From: Candidatus Nanopelagicales bacterium
GTDB taxonomy: Bacteria > Actinomycetota > Actinomycetes > S36-B12
Direction: 5' to 3'
Assembly: GCA_044240195.1 (NCBI GenBank)
Contig: JBIHZX010000003.1
Location: forward strand, 918 to 64,917
Length of the DNA: 64,000 nt
Below, piece after piece: positions 1 to 11,500 of the stretch. A program made the position numbers and the translations under genes. Position 1 is the first letter of the stretch. Each line of letters begins with the position of its first letter. The notes under the pieces were generated by a model that saw nothing but the letters and a program-made list of their open reading frames with translations, had not been told where the DNA came from and ran no database searches.

Positions 1-1010
1 TTTTGAATTTCGTCAAGGGAATAACCAATTGCCAGTCGGGCCGCAATTTTTGCAATGGGGAACCCGGTTGCCTTCGAAGCCAGCGCAGAAGACCTTGATA
101 CACGTGGGTTCATCTCGATGACAATCAAACGACCGTCGTCAGGGTTAATTGCAAACTGAATATTACAGCCCCCCGTCTCCACCCCAACTGCCCGAATAAT
201 GTCAATTCCAACGTCTCTCAACTTCTGGAACTCACGGTCAGTCAGGGTCAAAGCCGGGGCCACCGTGATCGAGTCTCCCGTGTGAACTCCCATGGGATCT
301 ACGTTTTCAATTGAACAAACCACCACCACGTTGTCATTTTTGTCGCGCATCAGTTCAAGTTCATACTCTTTCCACCCAATGATGGATTCTTCCAACAAGA
401 CTTCGGAGGTTGGACTCGCCTCGAGTCCAAGTCCAGCAATCCGAACAAGGTCGTCCTCGTTGTAAGCAATTCCCGAACCAGCACCTCCCATGGTGAACGA
501 AGGGCGAACCACCACCGGGTAGCCAAGTTCAATCACGCCGGCAAGTGCGTCAGCCATGGTGTGACAAATATGCGAGCGCGCACTCTCGGCACCGATTTCT
601 TGAACAATTCTACGAAACTTCTCTCGGTTTTCCCCCCTCTCGATTGCCTCAATATCGGCGCCGATGAGTTCGACGTTGTACTTTTTCAGAATCCCAGCTT
701 TATCCAATTGGATTGCAGCGTTGAGTGCCGTTTGCCCACCCAGCGTGGGTAGCAATGCATCGGGGCGCTCTTTAGCAATCACTAATTCCAAATACTGCGT
801 TGTGATTGGTTCAATGTAAGTGGCGTCCGCGAACTCTGGGTCGGTCATGATGGTTGCGGGATTCGAGTTGACCAAGATCACGCGAATCCCCTCTTCCCGC
901 AACACCCGACACGCCTGTGTACCCGAGTAATCAAATTCACAGGCTTGCCCAATCACGATTGGGCCGGATCCAATCACCATGACTGACTTAATATCGTCGC
1001 GCTTAGGCAT
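1..1010 (-). CDS. carB: carbamoyl-phosphate synthase large subunit (N-terminal part; gene runs off the window start)
   Basis: The frame stays open to position 1, so it is absent from the ORF track. Reverse translation from the ATG at 1010-1008 gives [41 protein letters not shown]..., the canonical CarB N-terminus and ATP-grasp region. The start overlaps the carA stop by 8 bp. Confidence 0.93.
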   Translation of the reverse strand, partial: MPKRDDIKSVMVIGSGPIVIGQACEFDYSGTQACRVLREEGIRVILVNSNPATIMTDPEFADATYIEPITTQYLELVIAKERPDALLPTLGGQTALNAAIQLDKAGILKKYNVELIGADIEAIERGENREKFRRIVQEIGAESARSHICHTMADALAGVIELGYPVVVRPSFTMGGAGSGIAYNEDDLVRIAGLGLEASPTSEVLLEESIIGWKEYELELMRDKNDNVVVVCSIENVDPMGVHTGDSITVAPALTLTDREFQKLRDVGIDIIRAVGVETGGCNIQFAINPDDGRLIVIEMNPRVSRSSALASKATGFPIAKIAARLAIGYSLDEIQ

Positions 1011-2124
1011 GTGAACCCATCTTTTCTAGAAAACGGTCGAAGAGATAGTCGGAATCATGTGGGCCTGCTGCTGCCTCGGGATGGTACTGGACACTGAATG
1101 CATTCTGACCGAGTAATTCGATCCCTTCAACGACATTGTCGTTCAGGCAAATATGGGTAATTCGGGCGCGACCATACGCAGTGTCGAACTCCAATGTTTC
1201 GGGTGCGCGAACTGCAAATCCGTGGTTGTGCGCCGTGATCTCCACTTTTCCCGTGGTGAGATCCTTGACAGGTTGATTGATTCCCCGATGACCATATTGC
1301 ATCTTGTAAGTCTCTAGTCCAAGTGCCCGACCGAGAATTTGATTCCCGAAGCAAATCCCGAATAACGGCATTTTGGCTCCAAGGGCCTGCTGCACTATCG
1401 CAATTGCGCCAACCGCCGTCGCCGGATCTCCCGGTCCATTTGAAAGAAAAATTCCATCCGGTTTCAAGGACAGAATTTCTTCCCATGTCGTGTTCGCGTT
1501 AACTACATGAACCTCGATACCTCGTTGTGACATCCGCTGGGGCGTCATGGACTTGATTCCCAAGTCGAGTGCAACGCAGGTGGCCCGCTTCTCACCCTGG
1601 GCTTTAACCACGTAATTTTCCGAAGTCGTGACTTGATCCGTAAAACTGGCACCCAGCATGATCGGAGAACCTTTAACAGCGGCAATCAACTCCGCGAGGT
1701 TCTCGCCCGTGGAAGGTGAGAAAATACCCATACGCATTGCACCGCGGTCACGCAAATGGCGAGTCAATGCCCGGGTGTCAACGCCCTGTATTCCCACGAT
1801 TCCATTGGCCTCAAGTTCGTCTGCGAGAGTGCCACTTGACCGCCAATTGGAAACCACACGGGATAGCTCCCGGACGACAAAACCGGATGGCCACATTCGG
1901 CAGGATTCACCGTCTTCTGAGTTGACCCCCGTATTCCCTATATGAGGTGCGGTCATAACGACGATTTGGCCGCAGTAAGACGGATCCGTGAGCGTTTCTT
2001 GGTAGCCGGTCATACCGGTTGAAAAGACCGCTTCGCCAAAAGCATTACCACTTGCTCCGAATCCTTTGCCGACTAATGAGAATCCATCTTCGAGGACCAG
2101 GACTGACGGATGTGAACTTTTCAT
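1003..2124 (-). CDS. carA: carbamoyl-phosphate synthase small (glutamine amidotransferase) subunit
   Basis: ORF 1003..2133. It has a CarA-type N-domain ([12 protein letters not shown]) and class-I GATase motifs ([21 protein letters not shown]). An internal ATG at 2124 forms an ATGA overlap with the upstream stop, so it is the preferred start; the longest ORF starts at 2133. Confidence 0.93.
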   Translation of the reverse strand: MKSSHPSVLVLEDGFSLVGKGFGASGNAFGEAVFSTGMTGYQETLTDPSYCGQIVVMTAPHIGNTGVNSEDGESCRMWPSGFVVRELSRVVSNWRSSGTLADELEANGIVGIQGVDTRALTRHLRDRGAMRMGIFSPSTGENLAELIAAVKGSPIMLGASFTDQVTTSENYVVKAQGEKRATCVALDLGIKSMTPQRMSQRGIEVHVVNANTTWEEILSLKPDGIFLSNGPGDPATAVGAIAIVQQALGAKMPLFGICFGNQILGRALGLETYKMQYGHRGINQPVKDLTTGKVEITAHNHGFAVRAPETLEFDTAYGRARITHICLNDNVVEGIELLGQNAFSVQYHPEAAAGPHDSDYLFDRFLEKMGSHA

Positions 2125-2657
2125 TCTGCGCACAACTCGCTCTCAAGTAAACCAATCAATTGCTGATGACCCTGCGCGGTGTCTGCCCGCACTCCGGTTG
2201 CGATTTGGTGATTGCCCAAATTCCAAACAAAAATTACGACGCTGTCTTTGGCGCGCACAGTCCCTGCGACCCCTGACCCCAGTGTCACCTCGACCAAGCT
2301 GGTCCTCGGGATGTAGACATCTGAGGCACCACTGCGTTCAAACAGGATGCCATGAGAATCCCAACTCACCCGTGCCCGAGAACGCGTTCCCAGATCATGG
2401 ATCAGTACTTTTGATAACCATTGACCGTGCACAGAGGATCCCAAAAAGAGTGCTTCAATTTCCTCGCCCGGCATAAATCCTTGTGGTGCCAGAATCATTG
2501 GAGCAGGCAAATCGAATAAACCAAATCGATCGCCCCTGCGCATCTTGCGCCAGCTGCGCCGCATGAGCAGCAATACGCCCAAGATTATTAACAACATGAC
2601 AGCGACCAAGGCAAGCCGTAATGGCCACTGGGTCACTTCCATCGAGGACTCATTCAT
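2121..2657 (-). CDS. conserved membrane protein of the actinobacterial pyr operon (Rv1382-like position), function unknown
   Basis: ORF 2121..2702. One clear N-terminal TM segment (WPLRLALVAVMLLIILGVLLL) is followed by a soluble domain. It sits between pyrC and carA, as in mycobacteria. The start is ambiguous: ATG at 2702, 2657 (8-bp overlap with the pyrC stop) or 2642. Confidence 0.6.
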   Translation of the reverse strand: MNESSMEVTQWPLRLALVAVMLLIILGVLLLMRRSWRKMRRGDRFGLFDLPAPMILAPQGFMPGEEIEALFLGSSVHGQWLSKVLIHDLGTRSRARVSWDSHGILFERSGASDVYIPRTSLVEVTLGSGVAGTVRAKDSVVIFVWNLGNHQIATGVRADTAQGHQQLIGLLESELCAE

Positions 2658-3951
2658 TGAGCTCACCGTCCCTGACTTGATGGACTCCGTTGAAAAAGAC
2701 ATCGGTCACGGTCACCGGGAGTGTCATTCCGGCAAAAGGCGTATTGCCCGAGAGCGATGCAAGTTGGGTAGAAACGACCTCGCGTGTTCTTTGTGGATCG
2801 ATCAGCACAATGTGTGCTGGTTCACCAACGGCAAGTGGGCGTCCGTGATTCACCGCGCGACCGATTTTTGCAGGTGCAATCGACATACGCTCACTCAAAG
2901 TACGCCAACTCCAATCAGGTGTCTCTGCCATCGCTGCTACGACCACGCCAAGAGCTGTCTCAAGGCCCAACATGCCAAAAGCGGCTCTATCCCACTCGCA
3001 ATCCTTGGATTCATGTGGATGGGGCGCGTGATCCGTTGCCACAATGTCAAGCGTGCCGTCAGCTAGTGCTTCGCGCAAGGCCAAAGTATCCGCACGTGAA
3101 CGAAGCGGTGGATTGACCTTATAGACCGGATCAAAACTTGATACCAAATCCTCCGTGAGTAACAAGTGGTGCGGGGTGACTTCTGCAGTGACCCTGACCC
3201 CCATTTCCTTTGCCCACCGAATAATTGCGACGCTTCCCGATGTTGACACATGGCATACGTGTAGTCGTGAATCAACATGTGAGGCAAGGAGTACGTCACG
3301 GGCAATAATTGCTTCTTCAGCCACAGCAGGCCAACCTGTTAATCCCAATATTCCCGAAAGTTCCCCTTCATTCATTTGGGCGCCTTGAGTTAAAGCAGGA
3401 TCCTGCGCATGTTGAGCGATGACTCCGTCAAATGTTTTGACATATTCCAAGGCACGTCGCATGAGCACTGAATCGGATACACAATTTCCATCGTCACTAA
3501 AAACAGTTACTTTTGCCGCAGATGCAGCCATAGCTCCCAACTCTGCCAATGCTTCACCACGCAAGCCCACGCTGACCGCACCGATGGGAAACACGTCGAC
3601 AAGACCAGTTTCCCGACCAATTCTCCACACTTGTTCCACGACTCCGGCTGTATCGGCAACGGGGGTCGTGTTCGCCATAGCGAATACTGCGGAGAAACCA
3701 CCCAGTGTTGCTGCACGTGATCCCGATGCAATCGTCTCAGCATCCTCGCGTCCAGGTTCACGTAGATGCGTGTGTAGGTCAACGAATGAAGGAAGGCTAA
3801 TCAAATCATTTGCTGTGACCACCTGGTGATTACCGGGCTCCAAACCACTGCCAATTTCAGAAATCAAACCATTGGTGATTCGGATATCACAGACTTGTTC
3901 ACCGTATGGCCGAGAACCAACAATGAGATACGAATTAAGTGACACTGACAT
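2650..3951 (-). CDS. pyrC: dihydroorotase
   Basis: ORF 2650..4065. It carries the metal-binding motif [12 protein letters not shown] and amidohydrolase-fold motifs (ATDHAPH). The 38-aa N-terminal extension looks spurious. ATG at 3951 or GTG at 3945 lies behind a GGAGGAG RBS and gives [17 protein letters not shown], like mycobacterial PyrC. Confidence 0.9.
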   Translation of the reverse strand: MSVSLNSYLIVGSRPYGEQVCDIRITNGLISEIGSGLEPGNHQVVTANDLISLPSFVDLHTHLREPGREDAETIASGSRAATLGGFSAVFAMANTTPVADTAGVVEQVWRIGRETGLVDVFPIGAVSVGLRGEALAELGAMAASAAKVTVFSDDGNCVSDSVLMRRALEYVKTFDGVIAQHAQDPALTQGAQMNEGELSGILGLTGWPAVAEEAIIARDVLLASHVDSRLHVCHVSTSGSVAIIRWAKEMGVRVTAEVTPHHLLLTEDLVSSFDPVYKVNPPLRSRADTLALREALADGTLDIVATDHAPHPHESKDCEWDRAAFGMLGLETALGVVVAAMAETPDWSWRTLSERMSIAPAKIGRAVNHGRPLAVGEPAHIVLIDPQRTREVVSTQLASLSGNTPFAGMTLPVTVTDVFFNGVHQVRDGELNE

Positions 3952-4873
3952 CTCCTCCGATGAGTAAGTACATGATTGCCATGCGAACTTTGAGTCCGTT
4001 GGCAACCTGCTCGGTAATAACACTTCGCGCACCGTCTGCAACCTCGGCGGTGATTTCAACACCACGATTCATGGGTCCGGGGTGCATGACAATCGCGTGA
4101 GTAGGTAACGCTGCCGCGCGAGAGCGGTTGAGCCCGAATGACCGAGTGTATTCAAGTTCACTCGGGAAAAAAGTCCCGTTCATGCGTTCCTGTTGCACGC
4201 GCAGCATCATGATCACATCCAGCTCGGGCAAGGCGGCATCGAGTGAATAACTCACGGTGCAGGGCCAATTTTCAATGCGGACAGGCAATAAGGTCGGTGG
4301 ACCGATGACCACAACATTGGCACCCAGACTTGCCAAGAGAAAAATGTTTGAGCGGGCAACTCGTGAATGCAGTACATCGCCCACAATGCCAACTGTTAAT
4401 CCTTCGAAATCCACCGCATCCGGGCGCAGATGTGCTCGAATGGTCAGTGCATCTGCCAATGCTTGCGTCGGATGTTCGTGCTTTCCATCACCTGCATTGA
4501 GCACCCGTGAATCCAACCAGCCGGCATGCGCCAATCTGTGCGCTGCGCCGGGTGAGGGGTGCCGCACAACAATCATGTCCGCACCCATCGCGTTCAAGGT
4601 GAGCGCCGTGTCTTTGAGACTCTCACCCTTTGAAAGGCTAGAACCCTTTGCCGACACTGTGACTACGTCGGCAGACAGCCTTTTTGCGGCACGTTCAAAT
4701 GAAAGCCGAGTTCTTGTTGAGTCTTCATAAAAAAGATTTACAACAGTTCGACCTCGTAAAGTAGGAAGCAGCTTTATCCCACCGTTGGTTACTCGGTCAA
4801 GTTCGCGAGCGGTGTCAAGAATATGCAAAGTGTCGGCACGACTGAGATCCTGAACAGAGATCAGATGCTTCAT
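3935..4873 (-). CDS. pyrB: aspartate carbamoyltransferase catalytic subunit
   Basis: 312 aa with the STRTR and HPTQ signature motifs ([23 protein letters not shown]). The start forms an ATGA overlap with the pyrR stop. Confidence 0.95.
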   Translation of the reverse strand: MKHLISVQDLSRADTLHILDTARELDRVTNGGIKLLPTLRGRTVVNLFYEDSTRTRLSFERAAKRLSADVVTVSAKGSSLSKGESLKDTALTLNAMGADMIVVRHPSPGAAHRLAHAGWLDSRVLNAGDGKHEHPTQALADALTIRAHLRPDAVDFEGLTVGIVGDVLHSRVARSNIFLLASLGANVVVIGPPTLLPVRIENWPCTVSYSLDAALPELDVIMMLRVQQERMNGTFFPSELEYTRSFGLNRSRAAALPTHAIVMHPGPMNRGVEITAEVADGARSVITEQVANGLKVRMAIMYLLIGGDVSVT

Positions 4874-5457
4874 GCCATGCCGTCGGCGGAGTGAATTACC
4901 ACTTGATCGATCGAATCTATTTCACTCAGATGCACTGAAACGTTTTCGCTCAGTGAGGTCGGGAGGTTCTTACCGACATAGTCTGCCCGGATGGGTAATT
5001 CTCGATGGCCACGGTCAACCAAAACAGCCAATTGCACCACAGCCGGTCGACCATATTCATTAAGTGCATCAAGTGCCGCTCGAATCGTGCGCCCAGAAAA
5101 GAGGACATCGTCGACCAAAATAACTATTTTTCCATCAATTCCTGAATCGGGTATCAACGTTTGCTCGAGTGTTTTTGAGGGACGCATCCGAAGGTCATCA
5201 CGGAAGAGGGTCACATCGATTGACCCAACCGGGACGGTGACTCCTTCGATTTCCCCGATATTGCTGGCTAAGCGCTGGGCCAGTGGCACACCTCGCGTAG
5301 GAATTCCCACAATTACCAGATTGGTGACGTCTTTGACGTTTTCCACCACCTGATGGGCGAGTCTGCGCAGTGCCCGGGAGATGTCATCGGGATCAGCGAC
5401 TATTCGGCTGCCCGTTCGAGATGGCACCGGCGAATCTGTGTTGTGCGGCTTTGTCAT
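4870..5457 (-). CDS. pyrR: bifunctional pyrimidine operon regulator / uracil phosphoribosyltransferase PyrR
   Basis: 195 aa with the PRPP-binding motif [17 protein letters not shown]. It is the first gene of the pyr operon, and a PyrR-type RNA loop lies in its own leader. Confidence 0.92.
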   Translation of the reverse strand: MTKPHNTDSPVPSRTGSRIVADPDDISRALRRLAHQVVENVKDVTNLVIVGIPTRGVPLAQRLASNIGEIEGVTVPVGSIDVTLFRDDLRMRPSKTLEQTLIPDSGIDGKIVILVDDVLFSGRTIRAALDALNEYGRPAVVQLAVLVDRGHRELPIRADYVGKNLPTSLSENVSVHLSEIDSIDQVVIHSADGMA

Positions 5458-5469
5458 GTGTTTGCCCTT

Positions 5470-5489
5470 CCCCGCCTCACTGGACGGGC
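5470..5489 (-). promoter_or_regulatory. candidate PyrR-binding RNA hairpin overlapping the pyrR Shine-Dalgarno (SD) sequence
   Basis: The minus strand reads GCCCG-UCCAGUGAGG-CGGGG followed by AAGGG and, 13 nt later, the ATG. The stem is CCCG/CGGG. The loop differs at one position from the PyrR core UCCAGAGAGG. Confidence 0.6.
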
Positions 5490-5553
5490 ATTAAAGGTGG
5501 GTGAAACTGATGAAGTTGTATTTGGGTAAACCTACCGGATTGAGTTGATCGGG

Positions 5554-6984
5554 TTAAACACCGCCACCGTTTGCCGTGCCAATTTTGTGGACCCGCATGC
5601 CATTGGTCGTCCCGGGAACACCGGGTGGCACACCAGCCACAATCACAACCCGCTGGCCAGCGGTAGCCCGACCAATGTCTAGTAGCGCCTTGTCGACCTG
5701 GGTCACCATGTCGTCGGTGTGGCGCACCTGGGGAACCAAAAAAGTTTCGACGCCCCATGTCAGCGACAATTGACTGCGGACTCTGGGGTTTGGAGTGAAT
5801 GCGAGTAATGGGGTGTGGGCCCGCCACCGCGAAATCAACCGAGCCGATCTACCGGTTTCCGTAAAGGCAATGAGATACGAGGCACTAGTTCCCACAGCTA
5901 CGTCGACCGCGGCATGGGTAAGCGCTCGAGCGGTTGAACCCGTGGGCGAATCCATTAACGGTGGAAGTCGATCGAGGGCCTCTTCTTCCAAATGCTCAAT
6001 AATTGTCGACATAGTTTCCACTACGTGTGCGGGGCGCACGCCCACGCTGGTTTCACCCGACAACATAAGTGCATCGGCTCCATCAAGCACCGCATTCGCA
6101 ACGTCACTCACCTCAGCTCGCGTTGGACGGTTTTCAGTCATCATCGAGTCCAGCATTTGTGTCGCCACAATGACCGGCTTTCCCGCCTCGCGGCACATCT
6201 GGATCGCTCTTTTTTGTACAAGCGGAACCATCTGAAGTGGAAGTTCTACCCCGAGATCTCCGCGCGCAACCATGACACCGTCAAATGCCGCAATGATGTC
6301 CTCTAGATTGTCAACCGCCTGGGGCTTTTCTACCTTTGCCAGGACGGGGACTCGAATACCCTCCTCTTCCATAATCGCATGGACGTCATGGATGTCGGCG
6401 GAGGAACGTACGAAGGAAAGCGCGATCAAGTCGGCACCAAGGCGCAACCCCCAACGCAAATCCTCACGGTCTTTTTCTGAGAGTGCGGGAACACTTACCG
6501 CGACACCTGGCAGGTTGAACCCTTTATTATTGGAGACAATGCCACCATCAAGGACGAGCGTATGAACTCGAGGCCCCACAACTTTGGTGACTTGCAATTC
6601 AATTCGCCCATCATCGACAAGTACTCGATCGCCGGGACTTACATCGCCGGGAAGCCCGCTAAAAGTTGTGGAGACCATTTTTGCATCACCAGGACAATCC
6701 TCCGTGGTAACGATGAATTCGTCCCCGGCCACCAGTTCAACCGGTCCTGAAGCAAAACGCCCAAGTCTAATTTTCGGGCCCTGGAGGTCAACGAGAACAG
6801 CCACACTGCGCCCTGATGCATCGGATGCTGCTCGAACCCAGTGGTAGGCGGCTTCGTGATCTGCATAGTCACCGTGTGACAGATTCAATCGGGCGACATC
6901 CATGCCAGCTTCGACCAGATCAAGAACGCCTTGTGCACTTGCTGTCGCAGGGCCAAGTGTTGCAACTATTTTGGCTCTTCTCAT
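5554..6984 (-). CDS. pyk: pyruvate kinase
   Basis: 476 aa. N-terminus MRRAKIVATLGPAT, plus NLSHG and MVARGDLGVE motifs. Confidence 0.95.
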   Translation of the reverse strand: MRRAKIVATLGPATASAQGVLDLVEAGMDVARLNLSHGDYADHEAAYHWVRAASDASGRSVAVLVDLQGPKIRLGRFASGPVELVAGDEFIVTTEDCPGDAKMVSTTFSGLPGDVSPGDRVLVDDGRIELQVTKVVGPRVHTLVLDGGIVSNNKGFNLPGVAVSVPALSEKDREDLRWGLRLGADLIALSFVRSSADIHDVHAIMEEEGIRVPVLAKVEKPQAVDNLEDIIAAFDGVMVARGDLGVELPLQMVPLVQKRAIQMCREAGKPVIVATQMLDSMMTENRPTRAEVSDVANAVLDGADALMLSGETSVGVRPAHVVETMSTIIEHLEEEALDRLPPLMDSPTGSTARALTHAAVDVAVGTSASYLIAFTETGRSARLISRWRAHTPLLAFTPNPRVRSQLSLTWGVETFLVPQVRHTDDMVTQVDKALLDIGRATAGQRVVIVAGVPPGVPGTTNGMRVHKIGTANGGGV

Positions 6985-7021
6985 ACCTGAACCTTACGGT
7001 AAACGCTTACACAAGCGGTTC

Positions 7022-8476
7022 TCATATGGTCAAAGGGCGGTCTAGGGCACTCACGGGACTTGGCAGGTTGGTTGAACCCATCAGATATTTGTCTACCGCA
7101 GCCGCAGCCGCGCGTCCCTCGGCAATTGCCCAGACGATTAAGGACTGACCTCGTCCTGCATCCCCTGCAACGAAGACTCCCTCGGAACCGGTTGCGAACT
7201 GAGAATCACGCTTGATATTGCCTCGCGCATCAAGTTCAAGACCCAGTTGTTCAACATAGGGTGCCGGCTCAGGACCGGTGAATCCCATGGCAAGTAGAAC
7301 AACATCAGCTTTCATGATCTTCTGTGTGCCAGCAACAGCGGCAAAGTTTCCATTAACGAACTCAACTTCGGCAAGTTCAATTCCCGACAGATTCTTGCCA
7401 TCTTCAGTGAGGAATTTTTGAGTGGACATCGAGAACATTCGATCTCCACCTTCTTCGTGCGCGCTGCTCACCCGATAAATCGTTGGATACGTCGGCCAAG
7501 GTGCATTCTCACTACGCTCCAAGCCCGGATTCGGCATAATCTCGAGTTGGGTCACGCTTGCTGCTCCTTGGCGCAGCGATGTACCCAAACAATCCGCACC
7601 TGTGTCACCACCACCAAGAATGACAACATGTTTGCCAGCAACGTCATAAGGTGAAGATTCCAGATCACCCTCCTGTACCCGATTAGCCAACGGTAAAAAT
7701 TCCATGGCTTGATAAATTCCTTCGAGGTCGCGACCAGGCACCTCAAGTTCACGAGGCACCGTTGCGCCAATGCAAACCACAATTGCGTCGTAGCGGTGAC
7801 GTAAATCTGAGCCGGTTAGGTCTACGCCAATCTCGATTCCGGGCCGAAATTTGACTCCCTCAGCCTCCAACTGTTCAAGGCGCTGATCAAGGTGATGCTT
7901 TTCCATCTTGAACTCAGGAATTCCATATCGAAGGAGTCCGCCGATCCGGTCCGCGCGCTCATAAACTGCGACCGTATGTCCCGCTCGCGCGAGTTGCTGC
8001 GCCGTGGCAAGTCCAGCCGGGCCAGATCCAATTACAGCGACTGTACGGCCCGAGAGACTTTCCGGCGGCGCAGGCTTGATCCAGCCCGACTGCCAGGCCC
8101 GATCAACGATTGAAACCTCAATTTGCTTGATGGCAACCGGATCTTCATTGATTCCCAAAACACATGCGGATTCACACGGTGCAGGACAAAGACGCCCCGT
8201 GAATTCAGGGAAGTTGTTTGTTGCATGTAAACGCTCAATAGCTTGACCCCAGTCACGGTCATAAATCAACTCATTCCACTCAGGGATCAAGTTGCCCAAG
8301 GGGCATCCGTTATGGCAAAACGGGATACCGCAATCCATGCAGCGCCCAGCTTGCGATTCAACATCTTTGGGCTCGAAATCTTCATAGACTTCACGCCAGT
8401 CTCTAATCCTGATGTCAACCGGGCGGCGTTTAGGCAGTTCCCGATCAGTGGTCATAAACCCGCGCGGATCACCCAT
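7022..8476 (-). CDS. gltD: glutamate synthase (NADPH) small subunit
   Basis: 484 aa. Fe-S cysteine cluster (CMDCGIPFCHNGCPLGN), dinucleotide fold VAVIGSGPAGLA, and position directly downstream of gltB. Confidence 0.94.
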   Translation of the reverse strand: MGDPRGFMTTDRELPKRRPVDIRIRDWREVYEDFEPKDVESQAGRCMDCGIPFCHNGCPLGNLIPEWNELIYDRDWGQAIERLHATNNFPEFTGRLCPAPCESACVLGINEDPVAIKQIEVSIVDRAWQSGWIKPAPPESLSGRTVAVIGSGPAGLATAQQLARAGHTVAVYERADRIGGLLRYGIPEFKMEKHHLDQRLEQLEAEGVKFRPGIEIGVDLTGSDLRHRYDAIVVCIGATVPRELEVPGRDLEGIYQAMEFLPLANRVQEGDLESSPYDVAGKHVVILGGGDTGADCLGTSLRQGAASVTQLEIMPNPGLERSENAPWPTYPTIYRVSSAHEEGGDRMFSMSTQKFLTEDGKNLSGIELAEVEFVNGNFAAVAGTQKIMKADVVLLAMGFTGPEPAPYVEQLGLELDARGNIKRDSQFATGSEGVFVAGDAGRGQSLIVWAIAEGRAAAAAVDKYLMGSTNLPSPVSALDRPLTI

Positions 8477-8503
8477 TGCGACTCCTTAACATAAATGACA
8501 TAA

Positions 8504-11500
8504 CTAAATCCTGCTCATAATTGCCAACATGGGGTCCTCGCCACGGCTAATTGCGTCGGCTTCAATTTCTAAGACCCTCTTGTAATCCCTTGGAATCACC
8601 TTTGTGAAGCGGGTAAGCGATGAAGGCCACGTTGCAAGTAGTTCACTTGCTCGTTTTGATTTCGTCTCTTGGGCGTGCCGGGAAATAAGGTCGAAAAGTT
8701 CCTTCGCATCCGATTCATCGAGCTGATTCAGTTCAACGAGTTCGTGATTTATCAGAGCCGGATCGAGATCGAGCAAGTATGCGATTCCTCCTGACATGCC
8801 TGCACCAAAGTTTCGGCCCGTAGATCCAAGCACGACAACCCTTCCACCGGTCATGTACTCACACCCGTGATCCCCGATGCCTTCAGTAACAGCCACGGCC
8901 CCTGAGTTGCGAACGCAAAAACGTTCACCCACTCGGCCGCCCAGGTACAGTTCACCCGAGGTCGCTCCATAACCGATCACGTTGCCCGCAATCGTGTTCT
9001 CACTGGACTCAAATGGCGCATCTGCGTGCGGATGCACCACAATTCGACCGCCAGAAAGCCCCTTTCCGACATAGTCATTTGCATCCCCCTCAAGCCTGAG
9101 GGTGAGTCCTTGAGGAATAAAAGCTCCGAAGCTTTGTCCGGCAGACCCGGTGAAAGAAATATCAATGGTTCCATCGGGCAAGCCACCACGCTTTGTGATT
9201 TCACTTCCGAGCATCGTGCCTACCGTGCGATTCACGTTTCTAATTGGCACATCAATTTTGGTAGGAAGTCCAGTCGCCAAAGCGTCAGCGCTCATCCGAA
9301 TCAATTCCTGGTCAAGGGCATGCTCTAATCCATGATCCTGATTCTTCATGTTCCTGCGGTGACCAAGCTTTCCCAGATCCGGGATGTGCAGGATTGGTTC
9401 CAAGTCCAGCCCGTCCGCCTTCCAATGGGTGATTGCCTTGTTCATGTTGAGTACTTCAACTTGACCAATAGCTTCATCCATCGATGTGAAACCTAGTTCA
9501 GCCAGCAACTCTCGAACCTCTTGAGCGATGTACTCAAAAAAAGTTTCGACAAATTCAGGTTTGCCCGAGAACTTTTCGCGCAATACTGGGTTTTGCGTAG
9601 CTACACCCACGGGACACGTATCAAGGTGACATACCCGCATCATGATGCAACCCATTACCACCAGAGGTGCTGTTGCGAAACCAAACTCTTCAGCACCGAG
9701 CAGCGCAGCGATGATTACGTCGCGTCCTGTTTTGAGTTGACCATCGGCTTGAACGACAACCCGATCGCGCAATCCGTTGAGGAGGAGGGTCTGCTGGGTC
9801 TCAGCTAAACCAAGTTCCCATGGTGCACCAGCATGTTTGAGGGAAGTAAGTGGTGAAGCACCCGTTCCTCCGTCATGACCCGAGATCAGAATCACGTCAG
9901 CGTGCGCTTTCGCGACACCCGCTGCAACCGTTCCTACACCAACCTCTGCCACTAATTTCACGTGGATACGTGCATCAGAGTTGGCATTTTTCAAGTCATG
10001 AATCAATTGGGCTAAGTCTTCAATTGAATAAATATCATGATGCGGCGGCGGTGAAATCAAAGTCACACCGGGTGTGGAATGCCGTGTCTTGGCGATCCAC
10101 GGATACACCTTGTTACCGGGAAGCTGGCCACCTTCACCCGGCTTAGCTCCCTGTGCCATCTTTATCTGAATATCGTCACTGTTCACCAGGTATTCGCTGG
10201 TAACACCGAACCGACCTGAAGCCACCTGCTTAATAGCTGAACGTTTGGAATCTCCATTTGCCATGGGTAAATATCGTTCTGGATCCTCTCCGCCTTCACC
10301 CGTATTGGATTTTGCCCCGAGACGATTCATGGCGATTGCCAGGGTTTCATGCGCCTCTGCTGAAATGGAGCCATAGGACATAGCGCCGGTCGAGAATCTT
10401 TTAACGATGCTCTCAATCGACTCAACTTCATCAATTGAAATTGCAGCTCGCGGTGACGAAAACTCGAATAGTCCACGCAATGTCATAAGCCGCTCCGACT
10501 GATCGTTGACCCGGCTGGTGTATTCACGGAATATGTCAAAACGCTTTGAACGAGTCGCGTGCTGCAGACGGAATACCGTGTCTGGGTCAAACAGGTGCGG
10601 TGATCCTTCGCGCCGCCATTGATATTCTCCGCCGTCACGCAAAGTGCGATGTGTTGGTGAGATTCCTGAAACCGGGTAAGCGTCGGCATGTCTCGCGGCA
10701 TTTTCTTGTGCAATTACATCAAGACCGATCCCACCAAGTTGAGAGACCGTTCCTGTGAAGTAAGCATCAATAAATTCCTGTGACAGGCCGATGGCTTCAA
10801 AAATCTGTGCTCCGCGATAGGACGCAACTGTTGACACTCCCATTTTGGACATAACTTTCAGGAGTCCCTTGCCCAAGGATTTGATCACATTGCGCATAGC
10901 TTTCTCAGGAGAAATGTCAGAAATCACATTGCGTCGAACAAGATCCTCAACGCTTTCTAGTGCCAAATAAGGGTTAATAGCAGCGGCACCGTAACCGATC
11001 AAAAGCGCAACATGGTGAACTTCGCGTACATCTCCCGTTTCGATCAACAGACTGATCATGGTGCGGTGCTTGGTGCGCACTAAATGGTGGTGAACAGCCG
11101 CGCACAGCAACAGGGATGGGATTGGAGCAAGGCTTGCATTGCTGTCACGATCTGACAGAACAATGAATCTCTTTCCTTGGCGAATCAATGCATCGACTTC
11201 GTTGAAGATTTCTGAAATGCGCTTTTCGAGTGCAGGCCCACCGCCATACACGTTGTAGAGGCCCTTGATGCGAGCAGCCGCAAACTCTGGCAGTGTTCCA
11301 TCGGCATTGATGTGCAGGATTTTTGCCAATTCATCATTGTCAATGACAGGAAATGGCAAAACAACCTGTCGACAGTGAGCAGGTGATGCCTCCAACAGGT
11401 TTCCCTCGGGACCAATAAGGCTCCCGAGAGATGTCACAATCTCCTCGCGAATTGCATCAAGTGGAGGATTTGTCACCTGGGCGAAAAGCTGACTGAAATA

